Assembly (NCBI GenBank): GCA_973895155.1
Contig: OZ316895.1
Span: forward strand, 804,435 to 868,434
Source of the DNA: Marsupella aquatica
Lineage: Eukaryota; Plantae; Marchantiophyta
Reading direction: 5' to 3'
Length of the DNA stretch: 64,000 bases
Shown here: in pieces, positions 12,599 to 24,125 of the stretch
How the letters are laid out: each line of letters opens with the position of its first letter
How positions within the stretch are numbered: position 1 is the first letter of the stretch
Notes under the pieces: model-generated
What the model saw: the letters and a program-made list of their open reading frames with translations, nothing else
Told to the model about the DNA's origin: nothing
The model's database searches: none
Position numbers and translations under genes: made by a program

Positions 12599-15399
12599 TA
12601 AGCTCTGCCCAGCCCCAATGTGTGCTGCTCAATTTCCCGCATTTTTCTTTGTTGCGCTGCATTGTTGCCGAACTGGAACTCCATTGCTGCGAAGAGTTTG
12701 CGGTCTAGGTGACATTGCTGCTGAGCTCAATTCGCGAGCTGCCTAGGTTCATTGCCGAATGCTGCTTCCTTCAATCGCCTGTTGCCTGCTGTTACAATTG
12801 CCTGCTCAATCACGCACCTAATCACCTGGAGCTCATTTCTCCCCGAGCTCATTCGCCTGGAGCTCATTCTCCTGAAGTTCAATCAACTGCTGCTCAAACT
12901 ACTATTGCTGCAATCGCAAGCTGCTCAATCTATTGTTTGTCGCAAGTGTGGCGGAGGACTGAGACGGGGAGCTAGAGAGTTGCAGAGAAACCAAGTGCCG
13001 AACACTCCACTTGCGAGAATACTCTTTTCCGGTCTTGTTGTCAACTCTTGCACTCTGGTTTAGGGATTTGGCGCTTTTGGATGTGGGCTTTGGTGCTTCT
13101 TGAAGAAACCTTGCGCTTCTTGGAGGTAACCTTGCACCCTTTTTGGTAATAGAGCAGGCAACTGGTAGTTGTTGTTTAGGGTTGTCGGGTTGGGTCAGAG
13201 ATGTGGAGGATTGAGGCTGCTGCGCGCAAACATGTTTTTCTTTCAAGTGGTGCTACGATTGCTTGGTGACGGAAGGCTGTTGGATGTGTGTTGTAGCTGC
13301 TATGATCAGTGACCTCTAGTTGGGAAGGACTTGCCAGAGCTGCGGATGGGGAGGACCTGCGGTCGGAGCTACAGTCAATTGGAGGTGGTCGCAAGCTGGA
13401 AACATTTGGAGGGGTTAGTTTTTTGCAGCTTAAACCTGTCGGGAGTTTGCGCTTGTGGCAACACTATCCTTTCTGCCACTTCATGAGTTTGATATGGACA
13501 CTGTGTATGAATGTTCTTCTCAGGAGGTGCTATGATGACCACTACATTGCCTTACTCTGTTCATTGCAGTAGCACAAATACTCGATTTCATACTGAAATT
13601 GCCACCCACTTTGTTTCAGTGTGTTTGACTGCTTGCTCTTGCAACTTCGGAGGAGGGAGTCTACAGGCTGGAACTGACACCACGCATTGAAGGTAGTTGA
13701 AGTCACTTGGAGAAATCATTCTTCCCCGCGATTTTGTCTACCTAGATAGCTAGCTCTAGCATCCACTATTGTATTGCCCTACGGAGTTTTGATGTTGTTG
13801 TCCAGTCTCTTTGCAAAATGTTATATTCCCATCTAAACTATACATTGTCCCGAGCACTAGAGTCTCAGCTAGGTTGGAATTGCAATCGTGTTAAATTGCA
13901 TCAATTAACACTGGCAACTGTGATAATTGCTTAAATCATGTGGATTGTCTCTTTGGTGGGCAAGTGGGGTCAGTTTGGCGTCGCCCTTGCCGCCCAGCCT
14001 AGAATTTTTGTCTACTATACATCATTCTGCTCTTTCTTTGACTACGGTCATCCACGACTGTTGTTAAATTTTACAACACTCATGGCTATCAAATATATAT
14101 ATCTGAGAGAGAGCATTGTCACGTATGCTAGATGAGTCGTCGGGTCCTGGTGTTGTCACCAAAAACTTGTGCTATTTTTTGTGTAGTTCGACATTAGTTG
14201 ATCGAGAGCTTACTGTCGAGTCATTGGTGCCAATTATATGCTACTTAGAGTCCTGTCTCAATGTAGCTTGATATGTATGACCACAATCTGGTGGGTTTTG
14301 TCTAACAGGTTGATCATCCTTCCAAACTTGATTGTCTTCTAAGTCTACCCGCTAGGGGGTAAAGAGGCGCTGACCCTGATCTTGTGGACCCTGATTTGAT
14401 GTCCACCTCTGCCAATTGAATCCAAATGATCAAGTCCAAATGTTGATCAGTCTCACTAGGGTTGTCAATGCAGACATGACTCGCACTATGTGATTGTAGT
14501 TTTGCTTTGTCAGGATGAATGTGTTTGGCTAAGATGCTAGATTGTGGCTTGTCTTCTTGCTTCCAACTCGTGTATATTCAATTAATAGAAGCTGGGAATG
14601 AAGTGAAAATTGAATTTCCTTATATTAAGCATCTTGACCTAGAAACTCAATACATAAACTCCAGGAGTCCCTCGGGACATAAAATGAGCCAAAATTGTTT
14701 CAAAATTGGGAACCTTTTGGACAGAGACAGTGAGTGGAGTGATTGGAAGGTGCTGGAAGGTAAAGAAGTCGAACCTCATTGATGGCGAGGATCTGTCCAT
14801 GAGACTTCTTCACCTTCTTCAACTTTCTCAAAAAGTACCTGGACAGCAAAGGAGAAGTACTCAATACGGGGGACATGAAGGACTCTTTGGGAGAACACCT
14901 GTCGTGACCTAACAAAAGTGTAGAGAGGCAGAGACTAAAGAACACATAATTGGGGATAACGCTTGCCTTCTTAGTTTTGTGACTATTTTCTCTTGTTAGG
15001 TTTTCATTCACCTGATTCAAACTTTTTGCTCCGGTGGAATCTGTCTTGTGTTTGTTCTAATTGTTTATATCTCAAGAGGGTCGTCAACGAAGCTGACAGG
15101 AGTCAAAGGTAACTACAAGCTAGCAGATTGGTCGAATGCTCCCAAGTCGAGTTAGAGGTTCCAAGGTTACTAAAACTACACCTTCACAACTCTCAAGTCT
15201 GGAAAGTAAAATTCAGCCTGAGACACGCAGCAAGAACTGTTGTCTGCTAGGAACTGTTATCTGCTTTGTTGGGGATTGTCATGTGTATGTAACTGCATAC
15301 ACATTCTACCTGAGGGAAGTATGACCTAAAGCAAAATATCCTAATTTAAGAGGCTAGCAAACTCGCTTAAAAGTCTCTATTGAAAGATTGCTTTCATGA

Positions 15400-16554
15400 C
15401 TACTTTAACCTGGTGAACATTGCAACGTTCAATGTATTAATGGGCCATGTGATAACCTGATCGTTTGATCCTTCCATCCGACGTTGCCTGGCCTGTTTGT
15501 GACACACTACACGCCAACCTGGGGAGTCTTCCACATCCAGGAAGAAAGCTTGCTCCACCTGACTGGGAAACACAAATGGCTCAGACCATTCGGGCAATTT
15601 CCCTCTGAAATTGGGCAGCAAGAAACCATCGTTGTCTCTCTTCATGGTAGCCCTGTCACCAAGCCAATCCTGCCGCACCCATGAACCTTTCATAAGAATC
15701 ACAGGACTGGACACCGCCCCATAGTCCAAAGCCCATATGTCAACTAATTCTCCCACATATCCCATCTCCATCCAGGCCCTGTCATCATTGTGGCTCTGTT
15801 GCTCAAATACAGTGATGAGCCCACAGTCATTCGTCACCCTGTAGGCACTGTCACCATCCTTCACTTGAAAGTGATTCCCATATGCTCTCATCCGTTTGTA
15901 AGTCTTCACTTTCAGGCTAGGAGCATTAGACAGTAGGTAAACGTTTGCATCCATGTCTGGGTGGGTCTCGTGATGCTCTCTAATTGCCACTCTAATCCAC
16001 TCCATGAAACCTGGAAAAGTTGTTCCTGTAGTGGGATGGGCCTCCTTCAATTAATGACTCATACTCCCTGAACAAACAACCACATAGCATTAGCTTGGGT
16101 AAATATGAACAGGCTGAAGGAGAAAACCACACGCACACAACATTAAGCTCATGAACTGGATTATAGCACATGTATGCACTCACTGTTAGTATCCAGGGTT
16201 CCATCACCACAGTGTTGTGCAATACAAAGTCATGTGCCAAGTCTCTCATAGATATGGTCAGGTTCTTTGTGGTTGCAGCCCCTTCTAGTACTTCACCTAT
16301 CACCCCTTCCTCCTCATCAGAATTCCACACCCTGGTCTTCACATGCTCATATTGTGCTATGTATTCGGTCGGAAATCCCAGAGTCTCATCCTTGATGTAA
16401 CCTTTAGCCATGCTTGCTTTAGGTTTGTAATATGTTCTCATGTGACCTTTGAGTAGCTTCATGTACCGTTCCAAAGGGTACAACCAATGAGCACTCACAG
16501 GCCCAATGCAAATTGGTGTAGCTCTTCCACAACATGGACAAGTAGGTGGGTCAT
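15400..16554 (-). pseudogene. CACTA Tnp2/TnpD transposase 3' part (DUF4218/DUF4216-like), truncated at the gypsy LTR
   Basis: MTHLLVHVVEEL/(frameshift)GPVSAHWLYPLERYMKLLKG, YKRMRAYGNHF, YVGELVDIWALDYG, EPFVFPSQVEQAFF, GWRVV. Confidence 0.85.
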
Positions 16555-16620
16555 TGTTAAACGCCAACTTCGACCTTGCGATTAATGGCCGTTTAACTAC
16601 CTTCTCCTCAGTAATCTCGT

Positions 16621-16941
16621 TTAAACGATTAACCGTCCTTCGAGAGGCGGCACTCCTTCTATCCCGACACAGTCCCCGTAAGTGAATCCGACCAAGTGCT
16701 CTTGAATGTCGAGTTCCGTCTTCCACTTCTTAGGCACTTCAGCCTCGGCCAACACTAACCCCTCTCTATACACAATCTCAATGAACCCACACCACTCGCG
16801 GTAAGTGATCAAGCAAATCGGAATGTTCTCGTATAGTAACTGACGGGAAATAAGATGGGTGCCGATAGAACAGATCCACAGTTCCAGTCATCTTAAGGTA
16901 ATCAAGGAGCAAGACTTGTCGTCACTGCTGTCTGCATTCAT
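16621..16941 (-). pseudogene. LTR cassette ORF2 (3' LTR), 106 codons, one internal TGA at 16888
   Basis: MNADSSDDKSCSLITLR*LELWICSIG...ITYREWCGFIEIVYREG...EGRLIV. The ATG overlaps the end of ORF1 by 20 nt. Confidence 0.5.
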
Positions 16942-17221
16942 GGTTTTTAGTAGCCGTGACCTGATTAAGTCCGGTTGTCCTTTGAAATAGCCTGCCTGGC
17001 AATTGATTTCCGGATTGTGTGGGTGACTATGACAGGGTTACCCTAAGCAAGTACCCCAGTATCACGTTTACCCTTGTATGATGGAGGTGTATGACAACCA
17101 GTGTATCACCTTCAAAACACACTATCTTCAACCAGACACCGCTTCTCACTAGCTGTCTGTTCAACCTATACCTTGAGGCGCTGGCCCGTAAGGTTCTGGT
17201 TCGCAATGAGACGATATTCAT
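16922..17221 (-). pseudogene. LTR cassette ORF1 (3' LTR), 99 codons, one internal TAG at 17027
   Basis: The ATG sits at the point where similarity between the two LTRs ends. The frame stays open after the TAG until TGA at 16922. Confidence 0.5.
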
Positions 17222-17358
17222 TCATCGTTGCGATTAACGAGTAACGACTTGTTGCATAAGGCAAATTCCTTCTCTCTCTCTCTCTCTCTCTGATTCGACA
17301 TTCTCATTCACTGCTCAAGTGCGGACTTCACTCTGTTGCATTCATTCCAAACTCTCTC

Positions 17359-17364
17359 TTTATA
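17359..17364 (-). promoter_or_regulatory. TATA box (TATAAA) of the LTR; second copy at 31452-31457
   Basis: Followed on the minus strand by a (GA)n-containing leader and the cassette ATG about 135 bp downstream in both LTRs. Confidence 0.55.
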
Positions 17365-17689
17365 CTCAAAGACTACTCAACTGAGTAGGGACACTATTAC
17401 AAAATTGCTGGCATTCCTAAGGTGAGCGGAGCCCTACCTTGCCTTAGACTTCTAGCAAAAAGTGACAGAGCGCCTAGCGCTCCACAACCTCTAAATACCT
17501 ATGCCTCGCGTCCGTCTTCGCCCGAGGCCTCTACTACTTCTTGGGGTGCGCCGATTACAGTTGGACGACTCGCGCCTCCTCTTTGATCTCCTTCGCTCAT
17601 TCACCAAGAACGCTAACTAATGCCTACCAGAACGATGAGTGGAAGCCAAGAACTGCTGATTACTATGTCAAGAAGTTATGTCTTCCTGG

Positions 17690-18295
17690 TTACTGAACTG
17701 TGCAATGGCCTCCTTGATTCCCTTCGGTTGCGCCTGATCCGGAAGCTTCCGGACTCCCGATTGTTAATCTTGCCATATGTGCCTCGACCTCCTGACTCCT
17801 ATCATCTTCTTTGGGGTTGCTCGGTTGGCCGGCCACGATTACTTGTTTGGCGGTGATTAATCGCCACGTAATCCGCTGATCGTGGTTGTTCTCCCATCTT
17901 AGCAGCAGATTCCATTTCTTCCGCATGACCTTTCTACAGAGTTCTTCGATGGCCTCGCCGGTGGTGAATCATTGGCGGAACTCTTCGCCCTTCATTCCGA
18001 ACAATTGTTGCCCCGCCGCATCCCATACACGACAGCTTCCTTCTTTGATCCGAATAGTGAACATGAACATAGGCACTCCTTCGCCTAGCGACTTACACTC
18101 ATGAGCTAACCGATTCCTGCTAACGGGGGTTCCTATATCCGCCCCCCCTTGCCTTTTTTGTCGAGCTCTTGTGCCTAAGGCACATACTCTGCCATCTGCT
18201 AGTAGGCCATCGCAGCCTTCATAGCAGAACTTGACTCCTACACGACCGTTAATCGAGATGATCGTCGCCTCCCCTACTTCCAGCCTTTCTGTCAT
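17690..18295 (-). pseudogene. RPA70 C-terminal-like OB-fold/Zn protein in the LTR (3' copy; TGA at 17969)
   Basis: FCYEGC-x9-C...HEC...MFMFTIRIKEGSCRVWDAAGQQLFGMKGEEF...IEELCRKVMRKKWNLLL resembles the Rep_fac-A_C pattern. The other LTR has CGA at the stop position. Confidence 0.6.
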
Positions 18296-18499
18296 CTCAA
18301 CAAAATGAATAACCGCTGGTCCTTGCTTACTACTTCCTAAATACTCTTGGTTGACCTCTAGTTGACACTTCTAAACCTTAAAAAAAACTATAATATCGCC
18401 GGTGTAATTTTTATCGTTTACATTCTCCTTTGCTTACCTACGGATTCGTCCTCGATATCCGTTATGCTTGGTACAAGTTGGGGACAAGTCGTCACCGGT

Positions 18500-20752
18500 C
18501 TACTTCACTCCCCTACCCTCGCTAATATTGGTCGTCCTGGTTGGAGTTATCGGAACTCTGCTCTGTGCCTTCAGCTTCCTCACTTCGGATTTTAAATCCA
18601 AAATTGATCGTTCCCTATCTTCCAGTTCTTGCGAAAGCTGATCGTTCTCTGCCCTCAACTGCTCGAGTTCCTTGGTCTGTTCAGTGATACTCTCCTCTCC
18701 AGTGCCCTGTAGCTTCACAGTGGCTTCTAACTCAGCAATTTTCCGCTTATAGTCATCTTCTGTGATTCTCCAATTCTCCGATACTTCATAGTGTTTTTGT
18801 CCGAGCTTCCCCAGTTGCTCCTCCAGTAGGGCTTGTTTGTTCAGATCCTCCGTGGGGTCCCCTTTGGAATCCTTGACTGCGGTGGTTTGTTGGAGTTGGG
18901 TTTCCAGACCCTGGAGCTTTTTCTTCAATTCCTCCACCCTCTGGCGTTCCACTGCCCATTCCCCGGCTGTTCTGCGTTGCTTTGCTGCTTCATCCTTGAG
19001 TTGCGATTGCAATTCTTCTATTACCTTGAGTCTCTCGTTATCCTCCCTTAACTGTGAATTGATCTTTTGGCTATCTGCTTTGACTGTGGCTATGGCTGCT
19101 CCGATGGCCGCGACAACCTCCTGGTAATTTGTCGTTAGTCCCCCTAGACGTAACCCTTCTATCCCTAGGTAATCAGCCAATTCCTGCATGGCTGCCTCCT
19201 CATGCCTCCAGCCTCTTCCTAGGGATGTCAGTCGATCCCTATTTGCTATTAGCTCTTTGTTACGATTTAGTAACTCCTTGATGGTCTCCTCGGCCTCCAC
19301 TGCCCATTTATCTGCCTCCTCCTTCCTGGCTAAGTCCTCGGCGATTTCTTCTTCTCGCTTGTTCCACTCCAAGTGTACTAGTGAACTCGTTATTCCCTGA
19401 TAAATGGCTAATTGACTGGCAATTTGTCTGATCATGACTGTAAAGATGCTATCTTTTTGCACTGTGCTGATCTTCTCTTTCAATACTTCGATCCCCAGCT
19501 TCTCCCGTAATTGTTGTTCATCACCTTCTTTTACGGTTGAGAGGGCGTACTTGAGGTCGTCGTCATCAATGGGCGCTGTCCTATAAGCCTTGGTTTCTGC
19601 TCGCATTTTGTCTTCCTCCGCTGGTTCCTGACCCTTTGATTCTGACTCCTTCTTGGTCGGTGTTGGATTGGTTTCTTTCCTCCTGGTGGTGCGCACTGGT
19701 GATGCGTCCCCCTCTTGCTCTTTGTTGGCTGCCTCCTCTTCTGGCAGGGTGCCCTTCTGCTTCTTGGCTCCCTCACTTCTCGTTGGTTGGTAAATGGTAG
19801 CTGCTGATTCTGTTTTTCCCTTGTCTTCCCCTGTAAGCTGACTCCCGATTAGCACTTGGAGATGTAACTCGATCTCTATTGGCAGGTTGCTTTTACTGCT
19901 GATTAATCATTTAGCTCGCTTGATGGCTGCATGGAACCCTTCATGGAAAAAGGCCGACCAATCCTTTTGCTTCCCGTCTCCCTCCTCTACAATTGTAATC
20001 ATAAATCAAGGATATTCTGATCTGGGCCTCTTCCAATGTAATGCATGGGTCACAAATTCGAGCCTTTCCTTGATCTTCTCATCCATGCAATGCTTGGTCG
20101 GATAGCCCCTGTTGTCGTCTACGTCCTTGTGTTGTGGAAATGTGGCAGGTTGCCAAGTTTTCCCCATCCGTTTCTTGATCTCCGCTCCTTGCTTTGGCAG
20201 TTTGAAAAGCTCCTGAAGCTTCCAAGGATTCGTCTTAATGACTTGGCCCCTACATATTCCCTGATTTTTGGTGGGTTTCCACGTGGTGATGAACTCGCTG
20301 TAGTCCTCTGCTTGTAGCTTCGTGGTTTGATTCCACTTTAGTTTCACAAATTTCTCCAATCCTTGTGTCTGTAGAAATTTCCTGTGTGCTTGTCTGCGCA
20401 TAGTTTGCAATATCTATGGCCCCATTCTCTCAAATTTCAAAACATGACTTGTTCCCCCTGGACTCGCCTTTGCAGCGCGCGTCGACTTCCCAATCCTACT
20501 TTTTGCTTCTTCTACTGGCTCTTCTTCTTCTTCACTGTCGGATTCTTCCGGTTCTTCCTCCTCGGATTCGACTATTTTGATCTTTCCCTTTACGGATCGC
20601 ACCTCCCTCATCGTTGGCGGCTCAAGTTTAATCGTTTTGGCTGTCCCCTTGCAGTTCCTCTTGGTCCTAGAAGGAGTCGTTTCCTCAATTATCGCTGTGG
20701 TGACCGCCATGATCGCTTCCGTGGGATCCGGGTTGGCTAACAATTCTGCCAT
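18500..20752 (-). pseudogene. Accessory ORF A, ~750 codons: plant-transposon-protein-like domain plus long coiled coil, at the env-like position
   Basis: Track ORFs 20414-20881, 20006-20410 and 18500-19855 share one frame, broken by TAG 20414, TGA 20006 and TGA 19907. Motif GLEKFVKLKW..YSEFITTW..ICRGQVI..GY..C..ERLEFV..KDWSAFF. Confidence 0.7.
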
Positions 20753-20951
20753 GGTCAGCTTCTGCCTCCCTTCTCGTTGAAGTTCGTTCAGCTGGTTTCC
20801 CCGTTGTTCTTCAGTCTGCTCGGCCGCTTGCTCCGTTGGTGTGGATATACAGTAAACTTGAAAAGCTAAGATTAAGTGCAAATTTTTAAATTTTCTGGTC
20901 GCTAAAGTTTAAGTTCACTTAAACTTACATTTTTTACGCCTTTTAGTAAGA

Positions 20952-21018
20952 TACGATCTTATGATCTTACGATCTTACGATCTTACGATCTTATTACCTT
21001 ACAATTTACGAACTTACG
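20952..21018. repeat. Tandem array of the 8-mer TACGATCT between the divergent accessory ORFs
   Basis: Five near-perfect units followed by degenerate TTACG units. Confidence 0.9.
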
Positions 21019-21197
21019 CGGTACTAGAAGATTACGCCGTTGCAAGACTAACAGGCGGAAAGTACACTATGAGCCGCATCGCGTGAAATCTTATGACCAG
21101 AGCGAATCACTCTCTGCATGACTATTTTCGACGCTTACAAGCATCGCTCCGCTTCATCTGATCAACATCCACCTCAAGATTTGTGAACCCGAGAGCT

Positions 21198-22977
21198 ATG
21201 GCAACATTCGATTGTGATGAGGAATACCTCATTGATTCTGTGGCAATTCCAAAAGCGCTCGTCATCAGGCTCCCCAGGACCGAAGAGACCTATGAATCAT
21301 TACGCCAATCCTTGAGAGAGCTTGGACTGGAGAAATTATTACGACTACCATGGACTTCAGAGTTGGACACCTACCTGGAAGATTTTGTCAGAGGATCAAT
21401 TGTCGCCTCACCTTCGCCTACTTCTATTCGAGGACGGCCCAGCAAATGGACCATAGATCACTTCGCGTATGCTTTTGGATGTTCTGCTGACGGAGAAGCA
21501 CTACTTTCACCCAAGGATGATACATCAACTCCATACTTTTCAGGTACCCGGAATAAGAGAAATGGCTGGAATGTGAGTCAATGCAATCATTTGGAGCTAA
21601 GAATTCTTTTGGAATTTTTGGTTCCTATTTTTCATCCCAAGAAACCAACTGTTTGCTCCATTTCTCTGGCCAATACCATCATCGCTGCGCACAGTGGTAG
21701 AGTAAAGGTCAATTGGGCTTTCGTATTTTTCAATGTTGTGAGGGATCAACTTCGGACATTAAGGGCGAATCAATCAACTCAACTGCAAAACTATCTAGCC
21801 CAGCTATACTCCGCTTTTGATTGCTCACTTCCTGAGGAGGTGATGGAGAGAGATTATCTTATGGAAGAAATCTCCAAGTTGTGGGAACAAGATGAAATTA
21901 TGCCTACTACAGCAGAAGAGGCAAACGTCATATCGCCAGCTTCTCCAGGCAACCGGGCAAGTCTTCACAATTCAAGTCCTTCAGATGAGGTACCCATGGA
22001 CCTAGAAGCACTTACTACAGATGCTGAGATGATAGACTACCCAGGGATCCCCTCACCACCCCTTTCCACAGGAATTGGGAAGTTTCCTATTCGACTTGCA
22101 CAGGACGACTCCAATCAGACCCTGATCAGTAAGTTGTCACTTCTTCTACCCAGACTCCTAGAAACGCTATCATCTATAAAATGGAGCCTAGAACACCAGA
22201 GCAACAAGTCCAGAAGTATGTCACCACTTGTAAGGTTATGCATGCCAATACACCGCCTATAAGTGAGTTCTGGAGGTTTTATTATTTGAAGAAAGTAGAG
22301 GCTAGCTACATTTTTGATCTCAGGATGATTGGTACCTCTCGCGTGGAGTTGGCTCAGTTTGATGAGTACTGGACAGATTCAGTCTACTTCCGACCTATAC
22401 TGGCCGTTATGTTTCTACAAGGTGATGTTGAAGTTGATGACCCGGATTTAATCCTGGCCTATTTGGGAAATATAGCCGCTTATGCTTTAGATTTCTTACT
22501 GATTTTTCTAAAACAGAGCAACAAGTCTACTACCCCTAATCACTCATATATTCCCACTGGACCCAAGGTTATCCTTACTTCAACCACTTCTTATGAAGAC
22601 AAGCAGCGAGTATGGAACAACATCAGCACGCAGCAGCTAACAAACTACACTCGCTACTTCCGGGATGTGCAATGGAAATTACGATCCTCCTACAACAAGA
22701 TGCTGAGTACAGAGATGTTCTTACAATTCTACCCATCTGTCTACGGCAACTCGTGCAATTGTTTAGATGTCATAGCATCTTACGGGAAGCAATCAGAATC
22801 AACCAGTGCTTTTTGGAGAAAAGGATGCCACTTATGTATTGGGGAAGACAGATGAGATGTCTACCTTACATCCGGGATCAACCTCACTGTGATGAAGTAA
22901 GGGAAGCTATTCGGACGCGCACTATTTGGAAAGTAGAAATTAGAGAACCAGAGGATATTCGACAACCAAAAGATTGA
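21198..22977 (+). pseudogene. Accessory ORF B (antisense to pol), related N-terminal domain; probably one frameshifted gene
   Basis: Overlapping ORFs 21183-22262, 22181-22855 and 22612-22977. Motif LGLEKLLRLPW..IRGRPSKWT..YFSG..NGWNVSQC..LRILLEFLVPIFHPKKP..KVNWA..YLAQLY. Confidence 0.7.
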
Positions 22978-23203
22978 AGCAGACCTGCAATTTTGTTAAG
23001 TGTCAGAGGCAGTTTCAGTTACTGTACCCCGCTCGATTTTATTAGACATGTTTTAAGATTCCAAAACTCATCAAGTCTTTTTCAGTAGACAGCTTATACA
23101 TAGGAAAACACATTCGCAAAGTCTCAATCACTTTGGATTGTAGTTAGAAAGTTAGAAATACTTTAGTTTGCTGAGTTTAGGGTTATCGTTAAATTCCCGC
23201 GAC

Positions 23204-23278
23204 TACGACTTTACGATCTTACGATCTTATGATCTTACGAACCTACGCTTTTACGAATTATGATCTTACGATACTACG
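23204..23278. repeat. Second TACGATCT-type array, downstream of ORF B
   Basis: tacgactt tacgatct tacgatct tatgatct tacgaacc tacgcttt tacgaat tatgatct tacgatac. Confidence 0.9.
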
Positions 23279-24125
23279 GTAAACTTAACTTAGTTAGTTT
23301 TAGACCTTTTCATACTTAGTTTTCATTTTTGACTTTTTGAGGGTTTTGAAGGGTCATGACTCTTCAACCCCCAAGGGTTTTTCCTCGATGTTTTTCACTA
23401 TAAGTATCTTCCACTACTAATAAACAGAAGTAAGTAAGTCAGACATGACTTGTCGCCCCTTGGTGTTGTCCTTGTGATTTTGGACTTTTTGAAGTTCAGA
23501 GCAGGCAATCCTAGGAGGGACTTACCTCCTTCTTGTATTTTGGAACCCAAATACTTGAAGTAAAACCTCAGTTATGAATCTCGTGAATTATAATGTCAGA
23601 TTCCGCTTTGGTGACACATTGTAATCTCACAAGTTCTTAGAGTTAACCCATTGAGTTTAAGTTGCATTGGAAATGATGTTTTCACCTTCATGTTACTTAG
23701 TACCATCTAAATGCTGAAGTATTTATCCTTTTAGATCTTGACTAAGTATCACTTAGGAAGAAAGGTCAAGACATGTTGCCGGCATTTTAAAAGGATACTC
23801 TAGTATGCAGTTTAGATCTGAAAAGCTGTGTGGATTTGAATTCCCTTAAAGTCATTCCATTATTGCTTATGTCTAAGGAGTAACCTTGGTATATTCCAAA
23901 CTCCCTTAAGCATACTCTAAGAGATTTTTCCTTGTGTTTTGTTAATTGCAACCTTTTACTTAATTGATGGTTATATGATGTTGAGTTATCATCAAAAACT
24001 GCTCATCGCTGTGGAGCGATCTTCAAAGTACCTAATTAAAGTAGTCAAGATTGATTACTATGTGTGACACAACAGCTTAAAGCTTTATTTTTAGTTTATT
24101 ACATCAAACCAACCCAATCTTGTTC

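Larger units (their letters stand above)
16555..18422 (-). repeat. 3' LTR of the gypsy element (1868 bp)
   Basis: Starts TGTAAACG directly after the PPT and ends TTAACA exactly where Tnp2 coding sequence resumes. Confidence 0.8.

Noticed and set aside
15992-16726. 244-aa ORF as a single gene
   Set aside because: Chance read-through from LTR sequence into Tnp2 across the junction at 16555.
18500-19855. Coiled-coil ORF as env or a captured myosin/SMC gene
   Set aside because: No transmembrane or ATPase motifs. It is the C-terminal part of accessory ORF A.
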